Shown here piece by piece: positions 17,827 through 27,215 of a stretch of 64,000 nucleotides of DNA. The stretch lies in the NCBI GenBank assembly GCA_035535975.1, contig DATLPC010000098.1, positions 16,859 to 80,858 on the forward strand, written 5' to 3'. The notes beneath the pieces were generated by a model. The model was not told the origin of the DNA. It saw only the letters and a list, made by a program, of their open reading frames with translations, and made no database searches. Each line of letters opens with the position of its first letter. The first letter of the stretch is position 1. Made by a program: the position numbers and the translations under genes. The DNA comes from Gemmatimonadaceae bacterium (GTDB taxonomy: Bacteria > Gemmatimonadota > Gemmatimonadetes > Gemmatimonadales > Gemmatimonadaceae).

Positions 17827-20274
17827 TCACGAATCCCGAATCGCCACGATCGGATCGACTCTCGCGGCGCGCCGAGCCGGCCCCAGACTCGCAACGGCTG
17901 CGACCCCGACAAGGAGCACTGGGACCACGACAAGAGTGGCCGAGTCATTGACATTCGTCTCGAAAAGCATCGACCGCACCAGTCGCGCACCCGCCGCACC
18001 CGCCGCCACGCCCACGACGACGCCCACGCTCACCAACAATGCAACATGCCGCATGACGAGCCGTCGAATGTCCGACCCCGTGGCCCCGACAGCAATTCGC
18101 AGCCCGAATTCGTGCGTCCGCTGCGTGACGCCGTAGGCGACGATGCCGTACAGACCGATCGCCGCGAGAAACAGCGCGATCGCGCCGAATGTCGTCATGA
18201 GACTCATCACGAACACGCGTGGGTCGCGCAATCGGCTCCCGAAGCCCTCGGTGCGCGGAGCCGGCTTTTGGCCGAGATAGGTGATCCCCGGATCGACGTC
18301 GTGAATGACGCGGTCGATCTGCGCCGCGACCGCCGCCGTCTGCGGTCCGCGCACGACGAACGTCATCCACGGCCACACCTCGAGTGTGTACGGCAAGAAG
18401 ACCTGCATCGGCGGATCATTCGCCGCGCCCGCGGCGCGATGGTCGGCTACCACGCCGACGACCGGTAGCGTGATCGGCTGATTCACGTCGGCCCGCGCCT
18501 GCGATTGGCGACGAATCGTGATGCGCTGACCGACCGCCGCGCCGCTCGGCCAGAGCTTTCGCGCGAGGTTCTCGGTGACGATCAAACCGGCGGGCGCTCG
18601 TACGTCCTGCTCGGTGAATCCACGGCCGGCCACGATGCGAATGCGAAACAGGTCGAAGTAATTCGCCGACACGGGGTGATAAAGCGCTTCCGGCGCGGTC
18701 GTGCTGCGCTGGTCGTCAGTCTCGACGCGCGTCGAGAGGAGCGCGCCTCCCGCGGCTGCAACGCCCTCCACCGATGGAATCGCCGACGTGGCGTCGATGA
18801 GCCGTTTGTAGAGCGCTGCCGCCTCGGCGGGCGCGTCATAGCGATGCGCCGGCGGTGAGATCGAGAACGACAGTACGTCGGGATCGTAGCCGAGAGAGAC
18901 GCCGGAGAGCCGCCGCAGGCTTTGAATCAACAGGCCGGCGGCGATGAGAACGGCGACTGCCAGCGCCATCTGTGTCGTCGCCAGCACGTCACGCGTACGG
19001 CGCTCGGCGACTCCGTGCGCGCGCGGCGCCGATCCGCCGCGAAGCCGCGCGATGAGGCTGCCGCGCAGGACCTGCATCACGGGAAGCACCGCGACCAGCA
19101 TGATCACGACGACGACCAGGGCGACGACGAAGCTCAGCGTGCGCGTGTCGATGTGAAAGTCACCGGAGAACGGCAAGCGCTGCGCGGCGTACGGCCGCAA
19201 CGCACCGATGAACATCATCGCCAGTCCGACCGCGCCGGCGCCCGCCGCGGCGGCGATGATCGCGACTTCAGTCAGCTGGAGTCGCGCGAGACGCCACGCA
19301 CCGGCGCCGAGCGCGGCACGCACAGCGAGGTCCTTTGTCCTGACGCTGGCGCGCACGAGCATGAGGTTCGCCGTGTTCGCGCAGGCGAGCAGCAGCACCA
19401 AGGCGATCGCGCCGCCGATCATGAGAAGCGTCGTCGACAATGGTCCGAACATCTCGTCCGACAAACTGCTCGTCCGAACACTCGTCCAGCGGGCCTGCTC
19501 CACCGGATACTCTCGAGCGAGCCGCTGTTCGATCGTCCGCATCGCTGCGGAGACGCCGGCCGGGTCGCCGTGCTCGCTCATGCGGATGATCGCGCGGCTG
19601 TCGACGTGGAGGCTCCGCTTCGTGAGCGCCGTCTTCGTCGCCTGAAAGACGGCGATCGGTTGCCACAGCGTCGGCGGAAGCCAGAAACCGCCGCCGGCGA
19701 AATTCGGGAAGGCAAAACCGCGGGGCATGACGCCGATGACTTTCGTCGGCACGCTGTCGACGCTGATCGTCGCTCCGATCGCCGACGGGCTCGCGTTGAA
19801 GCGCTTGACGAAAAACTCGTGCGAGATGACCGCGACGCGCGGCGACCCCGGGAGCTCGTCGTCGGGGAGGAATGTCCGGCCGATCTCCGGCTGCATCCCC
19901 ATCAGCGCGAAGAATCCCGGCGTGACGAACGCCGCGATGCTGCGCTCCGGACCTTCCGGATTCTGGATCATCACGCCGTCGCCGCGAATGAACGCAAAGC
20001 CGTCGATGGCCCCGCGAAGCGCCGGCGACTCCGCCCGCCAGTCGAGATACGTCGGGTAGGACGGCACTCGCCTGCCGCCCGTTTCGCTCTCTTCGTAGAT
20101 CGTGCGCAGACGGCCCGCGTCGCGATACGGCAGGCCGCGGACGAATACCGCATCGACGACGCTGAAGACTGCCGCCGCACTGCCGATGGCCAGCGCGAGC
20201 GTGAGGACGGACACACCGGCGAACACCGGCGCGCGTCGCAAGGATCGGAAGGCGGTTCGGACGTCGCTCCACAT
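17827..20274 (-). CDS. ADOP-type duplicated FtsX/MacB-like orphan permease
   Basis: The internal start gives MWSDVRTAFRSLRRAPVFAG, the typical N-terminus of this family. There are two MacB_PCD/FtsX modules and no adjacent ABC ATPase. Confidence 0.8.
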   Translation of the reverse strand: MWSDVRTAFRSLRRAPVFAGVSVLTLALAIGSAAAVFSVVDAVFVRGLPYRDAGRLRTIYEESETGGRRVPSYPTYLDWRAESPALRGAIDGFAFIRGDGVMIQNPEGPERSIAAFVTPGFFALMGMQPEIGRTFLPDDELPGSPRVAVISHEFFVKRFNASPSAIGATISVDSVPTKVIGVMPRGFAFPNFAGGGFWLPPTLWQPIAVFQATKTALTKRSLHVDSRAIIRMSEHGDPAGVSAAMRTIEQRLAREYPVEQARWTSVRTSSLSDEMFGPLSTTLLMIGGAIALVLLLACANTANLMLVRASVRTKDLAVRAALGAGAWRLARLQLTEVAIIAAAAGAGAVGLAMMFIGALRPYAAQRLPFSGDFHIDTRTLSFVVALVVVVIMLVAVLPVMQVLRGSLIARLRGGSAPRAHGVAERRTRDVLATTQMALAVAVLIAAGLLIQSLRRLSGVSLGYDPDVLSFSISPPAHRYDAPAEAAALYKRLIDATSAIPSVEGVAAAGGALLSTRVETDDQRSTTAPEALYHPVSANYFDLFRIRIVAGRGFTEQDVRAPAGLIVTENLARKLWPSGAAVGQRITIRRQSQARADVNQPITLPVVGVVADHRAAGAANDPPMQVFLPYTLEVWPWMTFVVRGPQTAAVAAQIDRVIHDVDPGITYLGQKPAPRTEGFGSRLRDPRVFVMSLMTTFGAIALFLAAIGLYGIVAYGVTQRTHEFGLRIAVGATGSDIRRLVMRHVALLVSVGVVVGVAAGAAGARLVRSMLFETNVNDSATLVVVPVLLVGVAAVASLGPARRAARVDPIVAIRDS

Positions 20275-20287
20275 GGTCCGCTCACTG

Positions 20288-20328
20288 AGAGATAAGAAAT
20301 TGTCGTCACGGGACAATATTTTATCTCT
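20288..20328. promoter_or_regulatory. AT-rich nested palindrome between the tyrS stop and the ADOP permease start (operator or terminator candidate)
   Basis: agagataa-ga-aattgtc-gtcacgg-gacaata-ttt-ttatctct. The outer 8-bp and inner 6-7-bp arms are complementary. It sits 14 nt upstream of the permease ATG. Confidence 0.3.
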
Positions 20329-20375
20329 GGTCCGTTTAGTCAAGGCCCCTTTTGGAACCACGGGCAGAAGTAACC

Positions 20376-21650
20376 TTACGCTTGCACCAGTCCGTAAGTC
20401 TTTGCGCCCTTGCGGACGAGCACGAACTCACCGTCGAGCAGGTCGTCGGAACTCACCGGCTCGCGCTCCGGACCGATCCGCCGGCCGTTGAGATAGACGC
20501 CGCCCTGCTGGAGCATGCGGCGCATGTCCGCCTTGCTCGAGAATAGCGCCTCCGGTCCGACCAACGTTGCCTCGAGAACGTCGTAGGTCGTCAGCTCGTC
20601 CTTTCGCTCGACCGTGAAGACCGGAATCTCGAGCTTGAGGGCGAGCAGAGCATCTCGCGACAACGATTTCGGATCGGCGCCGCCGAACAGCAAACCGGAG
20701 ACTTCTTCCGCCGCGCCAAGCGCCTTATCACCGTGGACGCGCCTTGTCACGTCGGCGGCCAGCGCACGCTGCGCTTCGCGCCGCTCCGGCCGCTCGATGA
20801 GGGCCCGTTCGTGGGCCTCGATATCCGCGTGCGAGAGAAGAGTGAAAGATCTCAGGTACCTCGCCGCGTCGCGGTCGTCGGTATTCACCAGGAACTGATA
20901 GAACTTGTATGGCGAGGTGAGCGTCGCGTCGAGCCAGACTGTTCCGCTCTCTGTCTTACCGAACTTGCTTCCGGCCGAGGTCGTGACGAGCGGAGCAGTG
21001 ATCGCGTGCGCGTCCGTGCCGAGGGTTCGCCGAATGAGCTCGATACCCGCCGTGATGTTCCCCCATTGGTCGCTGCCGCCCATTTGCAGCCGCACATCGT
21101 GCCGGCGCCTGAGCTCGAGAAAGTCGTACGCCTGAAGCAGCATGTACGAGAATTAGGTGTATGAGATTCCGGCCTCCATGCGGCCTTGCACCGAATCCTT
21201 TTGCAGCATGTAGTTCACGGTGAAGTGCTTGCCGACGTCGCGCATGAACTCGACGGCCCGCAATTCGGTCAACCAGGTAGCATTATCAATCGCGCGCGCC
21301 GCGTTGGCGCCGCCGAAATCGAGGAAGCGCTCGAGCTGTCGTTGTATTTTCGCCGCGTTCGTTGCCACGAGCTCCGGATCGGCGAGCGGACGTTCCGCCG
21401 ATTTGCCGCTCGGATCGCCGATCAACCCGGTCCCGCCGCCGACGAGGGCGACGGGCCGATGACCATGCTGCTGCAACTGAACCAACAACATGATGACCAA
21501 CAGGTTGCCAATGTGCAGGCTCGGCGCGGTCGGATCGAAGCCGATATAGCCGGACAATTGGCCGTCGGCCAAGGCGTCGGCGACGCCCTCGGTCCGCTGA
21601 TAGAGCAGCCCTCGCCATTCCAGCTCATCGAGCAGCGCATGAGATCGCAT
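20376..21650 (-). pseudogene. tyrS: tyrosine--tRNA ligase interrupted by a single in-frame TAA (otherwise intact)
   Basis: Two adjacent same-frame ORFs. The upstream one has the HIGH region PTAPSLHIGNL. The downstream one has GGSDQWGNITAGIELIRR and the KMSKS equivalent KFGKT, plus an S4-like C-terminus. The junction reads GISYT-TAA-FSYMLLQAYDF, with the stop at 21153-21155. Confidence 0.85.
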
Positions 21651-21684
21651 GGCACAAAAATAGACGGTACATGAGTCAACCCGT

Positions 21685-24102
21685 ATGCTGATTCCATTCT
21701 CCCGACGCTTCCGTACGCGTTTCCCGTGGTTTGCCCGGACCTTCGCGCTCACCGCGGCGTTTTTGTTGTCGTTCGGCGTCGGCTTCGCGTACGCGAGCTG
21801 GGCCATGGTCTGCCGTGCCGGACGGTGTCCCTCGGCGAACGCGCTCCGCGATTACGAGCCTCGACAGACCTCCAAGATCCTCGCCGCCGACGGCCGGCTG
21901 ATCGCCGAGCTCGGCTTGGAAAAGCGGACGCTCGTCAAGCTCCAGGACATTCCGCCGATCGTGCGCAACGCGTTCCTGACGATCGAGGACAAGCGCTTCT
22001 ACAAGCACTCCGGTATCGATTGGGTGCGCGTCCCCGGTGCGCTCCTCACCGACCTCAAAAACCGGAACTTCAGCGAAGGCTTCTCGACGCTCACGATGCA
22101 ACTCGCGCGGAACATCTTCCCCGAGCGCATCTCACGTGAGAAGTCATTGGTGCGAAAGCTCAAGGAAGCGAAGGTCGCCCGCGCGATCGAAGACGAGTAC
22201 TCGAAGGACAAGATTCTCGAGCTCTATCTCAACCAGATCAACCTCGGCAACGGCGCGTACGGCGTCGAAACGGCGTCGCAAAGGTATTTCGGCAAGTCGG
22301 TGCGTGACCTGAGTCTTGCCGAAGCGGCGACGCTCGCCGCGATCCCCAAGGCGCCGGAACGCTACAACCCGCGCTCGGCACCCGACCGCAACATTCAGCG
22401 ACGCAACACGATCATCGCGCTGATGCGCGACGGGGGAATCGTCAGCGCCGCCGAAGCGCGCGAGGCGCAAGCGACGGCGATCCGCCTCGCCCCGCGAATC
22501 GACGCCGGCGAAGCGGCGCCCTATTTCGTCGAGTGGGTTCGCCAGCAGCTCGATGACAAGTTCGGCAAGCAGCTGTACGAGCAAGGGCTCACCGTTCATA
22601 CGACACTCGACCTCGAGATGCAGACCGCCGCCGAGCGCGCGCTCGAGCGACAAATCAAGCTCATCGAGGCAGGGAAGTTCGGCGCGTTTCCGCACGTCAG
22701 CTACGAGCGCTATATGGCGCAGTCGAACGGCGGCGATGACACCGATCAGCCGATGTCGCCCTACTTGCAGGGTGCTTTTGTCGCGATGGACCCGCGCACC
22801 GGCGCTGTCCGTGCGCTCGTCGGCGGCCGCGACTTCGACGACAGCAAGTTCAATCGCGCCGTGCAGGCGATTCGTCAGCCCGGATCGACGTTCAAGCCGA
22901 TCGTCTACGCCGACGCGATCCAGAATGGTCGCCCGCTTTCCTACATCCTCGACGACTCGCCACTCACCGTGGAGATCGGCAACACGACGCGCTGGGAGCC
23001 GAAGAACTTCGACGGCGCATTCGAGGGAAAGATCCCGATGCGTCGCGCGCTGTTCGAGTCGCGCAACGTGCCGACGATTCGACTCGGCATCGAGCTCGGA
23101 ATCCCCAGCGTGATCGACGAAGCGCGGAAATTCGGCCTGACGACGCCGATTCCCGGCTATCCGTCGATCTTCATCGGCGCGGCCGACGTCTACCCGATCG
23201 AGCTGGTGGCCGCGTACAGCACTTTTGCCAACCTCGGGACGCGCGCCGAGCCGATCACCATCACCAAGGTCGAGGATCAGAGGGGCAGCGTGCTTTGGGA
23301 ACCGCAGCCGACGACGCTGCCGATCATGTCGCCCGAAGAATCGTGGCTCATGGTGAGCATGATGAAGGACGTCGTGCAGCGCGGTACGGCGGCGGGGAGC
23401 GTTGGGTCGCAGATCCGCTTCCCGGCCGGGGGGAAGACGGGGACGACGAACGACGGCACGGACGTCTGGTTCGTGGGCTACACGCAGGATCTCGTGGCCG
23501 GCGTCTGGATGGGTTTCGACAAGCCGACCAAGATCAAATCCAACGCGCAAGGCGGCATTCTCGCCGCGCCGGCGTGGGTCGCGTTCATGAACGAGGTCTA
23601 TCGTCGCCGGCCGGCGCCCCGTGATTGGGCGATGCCGGCCGATATCGTTCAGCGGCAGGTGGACGTCTCAACGAATATGCTGGCAACGCCGTACTGCCCG
23701 CCGGCCGTCGTGGTCAGCGAGTACTACATCCCCGGCACGGACCCGCTGTTGCCGTGCGATGTCCACACCGGGGCGCTGATGCCGGATACGTCCGGTGTCG
23801 GAGCCTTGTACCCCCGGACCGACAGTCTCGGGCGTCCGATACCTACGCCCGGCACGCCGCCCGGAGTCCTTCCGCCAAACGGCATCCGGCCAGTTCCGAC
23901 TCGCCCAGGCGCCGATACCTCGCGTCGATACCGCGACTCGACGATTTTTAGCTTGCCGTCGCGCGATTCGACACGCCGGCCGGATTCTCTCCGGACGGAC
24001 TCGTTGCGCATGAGGTTGGACTCGCTGCGGCGTCGCGACTCGGCCGTCAAACGCCCGCCGCGGCCGGACACGTTACAACGGAGCAGACTTCAGCTTGAAT
24101 AG
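21685..24102 (+). CDS. class A penicillin-binding protein (PBP1A-type transglycosylase/transpeptidase)
   Basis: 805 aa with an N-terminal TM anchor. GT51 motifs EDKRFYKHSGID and RKLKEAKVARAIE; transpeptidase motifs STFKP, SRN and KTGT. Low-complexity Pro/Arg/Asp/Ser C-terminal tail. Confidence 0.9.
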   Translation: MLIPFSRRFRTRFPWFARTFALTAAFLLSFGVGFAYASWAMVCRAGRCPSANALRDYEPRQTSKILAADGRLIAELGLEKRTLVKLQDIPPIVRNAFLTIEDKRFYKHSGIDWVRVPGALLTDLKNRNFSEGFSTLTMQLARNIFPERISREKSLVRKLKEAKVARAIEDEYSKDKILELYLNQINLGNGAYGVETASQRYFGKSVRDLSLAEAATLAAIPKAPERYNPRSAPDRNIQRRNTIIALMRDGGIVSAAEAREAQATAIRLAPRIDAGEAAPYFVEWVRQQLDDKFGKQLYEQGLTVHTTLDLEMQTAAERALERQIKLIEAGKFGAFPHVSYERYMAQSNGGDDTDQPMSPYLQGAFVAMDPRTGAVRALVGGRDFDDSKFNRAVQAIRQPGSTFKPIVYADAIQNGRPLSYILDDSPLTVEIGNTTRWEPKNFDGAFEGKIPMRRALFESRNVPTIRLGIELGIPSVIDEARKFGLTTPIPGYPSIFIGAADVYPIELVAAYSTFANLGTRAEPITITKVEDQRGSVLWEPQPTTLPIMSPEESWLMVSMMKDVVQRGTAAGSVGSQIRFPAGGKTGTTNDGTDVWFVGYTQDLVAGVWMGFDKPTKIKSNAQGGILAAPAWVAFMNEVYRRRPAPRDWAMPADIVQRQVDVSTNMLATPYCPPAVVVSEYYIPGTDPLLPCDVHTGALMPDTSGVGALYPRTDSLGRPIPTPGTPPGVLPPNGIRPVPTRPGADTSRRYRDSTIFSLPSRDSTRRPDSLRTDSLRMRLDSLRRRDSAVKRPPRPDTLQRSRLQLE

Positions 24103-24108
24103 CCATTC

Positions 24109-24864
24109 ATGAGTTGGCAGCCGACTGACTGTCACGCGCACACGATTTTTTCTGATGGCGCGCTCACCATCGAACAGGTGGTCGAGCGCGCCGCTTCGTT
24201 GAACGTGGTGCCCTCCGTGGCCGACCATATCTCGCGCGATGTCGCGCGGGCCGTGGACTCCGTCGAGCGAGCCCGCGAGTACATCGCCGCGCTCGACGAG
24301 CACGACGTCCTCCGCGGCGGCGAGTTTTGCTGGCACGACTCGCTCTGGCGCGAGCTTCCCGACGATCTCGTCGCGCGGTTCACGCATCGCCTCGGCTCGC
24401 TGCACGCGGTGCGTCTGCCGAGCGGCGATCTGGTTCATGCTTTTAGCCGCCGGCCGCCCGGGATCGACGTCGACGACTACATGTGGGCGCACCTCGAGTC
24501 GCTCGAGGCGCTCGCTCGCGAGATGCCGGTGGACATCCTGGCCCATCCGACGCTGGTGACGCTCCCCTTCCGCCGTCTGCCGATCGACGAGCTGTGGACG
24601 CCAGAGCGCGAGGAGAAAATGGTCGACGCGTTGTTCGCCGCCGGTATTGCGTTCGAGATCTCGAATAGATATCCGCCGCACGAGCGGCTCGTAAAGCGCG
24701 CCATCGATCGTGGCGTACGCATCTCCCTCGGCTCGGACGGCCACACCCTCGAGCAGGTCTCCGACATCGCCGCGCCGTTGGCGATGGCCCGGCGGCTCGG
24801 CGTTCGGGAGGAAGACATCTACGATCCGCGACGCCACGGATCCAAGACGGCCGCTCGAGCGTGA
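24109..24864 (+). CDS. PHP-domain metal-dependent phosphoesterase
   Basis: 251 aa. N-terminal DCHAHTIFSDG with further His/Asp positions (VADHIS, LAHPT, SDGH), typical of the PHP family. Confidence 0.65.
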   Translation: MSWQPTDCHAHTIFSDGALTIEQVVERAASLNVVPSVADHISRDVARAVDSVERAREYIAALDEHDVLRGGEFCWHDSLWRELPDDLVARFTHRLGSLHAVRLPSGDLVHAFSRRPPGIDVDDYMWAHLESLEALAREMPVDILAHPTLVTLPFRRLPIDELWTPEREEKMVDALFAAGIAFEISNRYPPHERLVKRAIDRGVRISLGSDGHTLEQVSDIAAPLAMARRLGVREEDIYDPRRHGSKTAARA

Positions 24865-26213
24865 TCCGCTACCGCGCGCGGTGGATCGTCCCCGTCACGT
24901 CGCCGCCCGAAGCCAACGGCATCGTCGCCGTCGACGGCAATCGCATCGCCTACGCCGGGCCGGCGTTCGAAGCGCCGCCGGGTGACGAGGTGAACCTCGG
25001 CGACGTGATCCTGATGCCGGGGCTCATCAACGCGCACTGCCACCTCGAGCTCACCGCCATGCGCGGTTTTCTCGAAGACCTCGATTTCCGGCGGTGGATT
25101 CTCCGTCTCACCAGCGCACGCCAAGCAGTTCTCGACCGTGACGCGTTGCTCGATTCGGCGCGCTACGGCATCGAAGAAGGTTTGCGAGCGGGAATCACGA
25201 CCTTCGCGGATACCTCCGACTCGGCGGTTGGACTGCAGGCGATGCGCGAGGCCGCGGTGCGCGGCATCGTGTATCAAGAGGTGTTTGGGCCTGACCCGTC
25301 GCAGTGCGCGAAATCGATCGCCGACCTGCGCGAGAAGGTCGCCGGGCTGCGCTATCTCGAGACACCGCTCGTGCGCGTCGGCGTCTCGCCGCACGCGCCG
25401 TATACGGTCTCCGACGATCTATTCAAAGGGACGGCGAACCTCGCTCGCGAGATGCAGCTTCCCGTCGCCGTTCACATCGCCGAGAGTGAGCTCGAGTGGG
25501 AGCTCGTCGCGAAGGGATCCGGCGGGTTCGCCGATGGGCTGCGTCGGCGCGGGATCGAGGTGGCGCCGCGTGGCGAATCGCCGGTCGCGCTCCTCGACGC
25601 GTGCGGCGTGCTCGACACGCATCCGCTGCTCATTCACTGCGTTCGCGTGAACGCCGCCGACGTCGAGCGAATTGCGTCATCGTCGTCCACGGTCGCCCAC
25701 TGTCCGGTGTCGAACGCGAAGCTTGGTCACGGGGTCGCGCCGCTGCTCGACTTGCTCGAGGCGGGGATCCCGGTCGGTCTCGGTTCGGACTCGATGGCGA
25801 GCAACAATCGCATGGATCTGCTGGAGGAAGCCCGCGTCGCTCTGCTCGCGCAACGAGCGGTGGCGCAAATGTGCGATGCGCCGCAAGCGGCGGACATGAT
25901 CGAGCTCGCGACGATAGCCGGCGCGCGCGCCCTGGGAATCGACGCCCAGGTTGGATCGCTCGAGGAAGGGAAGCAGGCCGATCTCACGGCATTCGCCATC
26001 GAGCCCGCGGTACCGATCCAAGACCCCGTGGCCGCGCTCGTGTTCTCGATCAGTGCATCGCGCGCCCGATTCGTGACTGTGGCGGGCCGTGTGCTCATTC
26101 GTGACGGCGAACTCGTATCTCCGAGACCTGGTTTGGCCGAGCGGATGCAGGGATTGGGTGAGGCGTTGGCGTCGTGGCTCGATTCAGGAGGTGAAATGCG
26201 AGGATCCGTGTGA
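24861..26213 (+). CDS. amidohydrolase-superfamily deaminase/chlorohydrolase-like protein (MtaD/SsnA-like)
   Basis: 450 aa with PGLINAHCHLE (HxH metal site), HIAES, LIHCV and GLGSDS motifs. Overlaps the PHP gene stop. Confidence 0.8.
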   Translation: MIRYRARWIVPVTSPPEANGIVAVDGNRIAYAGPAFEAPPGDEVNLGDVILMPGLINAHCHLELTAMRGFLEDLDFRRWILRLTSARQAVLDRDALLDSARYGIEEGLRAGITTFADTSDSAVGLQAMREAAVRGIVYQEVFGPDPSQCAKSIADLREKVAGLRYLETPLVRVGVSPHAPYTVSDDLFKGTANLAREMQLPVAVHIAESELEWELVAKGSGGFADGLRRRGIEVAPRGESPVALLDACGVLDTHPLLIHCVRVNAADVERIASSSSTVAHCPVSNAKLGHGVAPLLDLLEAGIPVGLGSDSMASNNRMDLLEEARVALLAQRAVAQMCDAPQAADMIELATIAGARALGIDAQVGSLEEGKQADLTAFAIEPAVPIQDPVAALVFSISASRARFVTVAGRVLIRDGELVSPRPGLAERMQGLGEALASWLDSGGEMRGSV

Positions 26214-26414
26214 CGTTAAGAAACCGGTTTGCGGATGTTGTAAGCAGCATTTCCCTTGTTTGCGTGGTGTCCCGAGCATAGCTTGCTATTGGTAGAACCT
26301 TCCGGCGCATGTAGTTAGGCGTCCGAGGAGCGTGGCCCTGTCCACCCGTTCCCGCTCCCGCCCTCAACAACCAGGCGGGAGTTTGTGTACCGGCCTTGGA
26401 ATAGGGGAGGTTTC

Positions 26415-27005
26415 GTGGTCGTTGGCTGTCTGGCACTCAACGCGTCCTACGAGCCGCTGACGATGGTTCCGATGCGGCGGGCGCTCCGTCTCGTGATCGA
26501 CGGCAAGGCTGAGATCGTCGAGGCGGACTCCGATCGCGTCGTTCGATCGGAGCGATTGACGCTGCCCAGACCCGCCGTCATTCGCCTCACCAAGTTCATT
26601 CACGTGCCGCGGCGCTTCCGCCGGCAAGTGACGAACACGTTCCTCTTCGCGCGCGATCACTATCGCTGCCAGTATTGCGGCCGTCACCTCACGGAGCTCA
26701 AGCCCCGTGAAGCGCTGACGCGCGACCACTTGATGCCGCTCTCTCGCGGTGGCACGAATGACTGGACGAACGTCGTCACGGCGTGCAGCCCGTGCAACAC
26801 GCGCAAGGGCAACCGTCTCCCCGAGGAGATCGGCATGCACCCGCTCACGCACCCGGTCGAGCCGCACTTCGTGCACTTGAGCTGGGCGGTGCGCCGTCTC
26901 ACGCCGACGCAAGCGCGGTACATCAAGACGTTCTACGGCTCCGAAGTGCTCCACCATCTCGAGCAGCTGGAGCACCGAGGAATGCACCGACATTTTAGGG
27001 CATAA
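26415..27005 (+). CDS. HNH endonuclease family protein
   Basis: CQYCG...LTRDHLMPLSRGGTNDWTNVVTACSPCNTRKG is a canonical HNH/zinc-finger core. GTG at 26415 is preceded by GGGGAGG 5 nt upstream, so I prefer it to the track start at 26385. Confidence 0.8.
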   Translation: MVVGCLALNASYEPLTMVPMRRALRLVIDGKAEIVEADSDRVVRSERLTLPRPAVIRLTKFIHVPRRFRRQVTNTFLFARDHYRCQYCGRHLTELKPREALTRDHLMPLSRGGTNDWTNVVTACSPCNTRKGNRLPEEIGMHPLTHPVEPHFVHLSWAVRRLTPTQARYIKTFYGSEVLHHLEQLEHRGMHRHFRA

Positions 27006-27215
27006 ACGGCGCGTTTAAGAGCCGCTTTTAAACGGCGCACTTAAGAGGCGCTCTTAAACGGCGCATTTAAGAGGCGCTTTAAACGGTGCCCTTAACTAGC
27101 GCTCTTAGAGGCGCCGTCTACCGGCGCTTTTTGAGCGTTTTTTAGTAGCGCAGTTTATTAGCGCGTGTCACACGGCGCCGTTTACCAGCGTTGTTTAACA
27201 GCGCTTTTTATGCCG
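27003..27215. repeat. Array of about 16 degenerate 13-bp units alternating TAAACGGCGCnnT / TAAGAGGCGCnnT
   Basis: Reads taaacggcgcgtt taagagccgcttt taaacggcgcact taagaggcgctct taaacggcgcatt taagaggcgcttt aaacggtgccct taactagcgctct tagaggcgccg..., decaying towards 27215. It fills the whole convergent intergenic region and is AT-richer than its surroundings. Confidence 0.8.

Noticed and set aside
27003-27215. Possible CRISPR array (also considered for 44396-44670 and 8688-8905)
   Set aside because: The units are 13 or 18 bp, directly abutting with no unique spacers, and partly arranged as palindromes. No cas genes are in the window.
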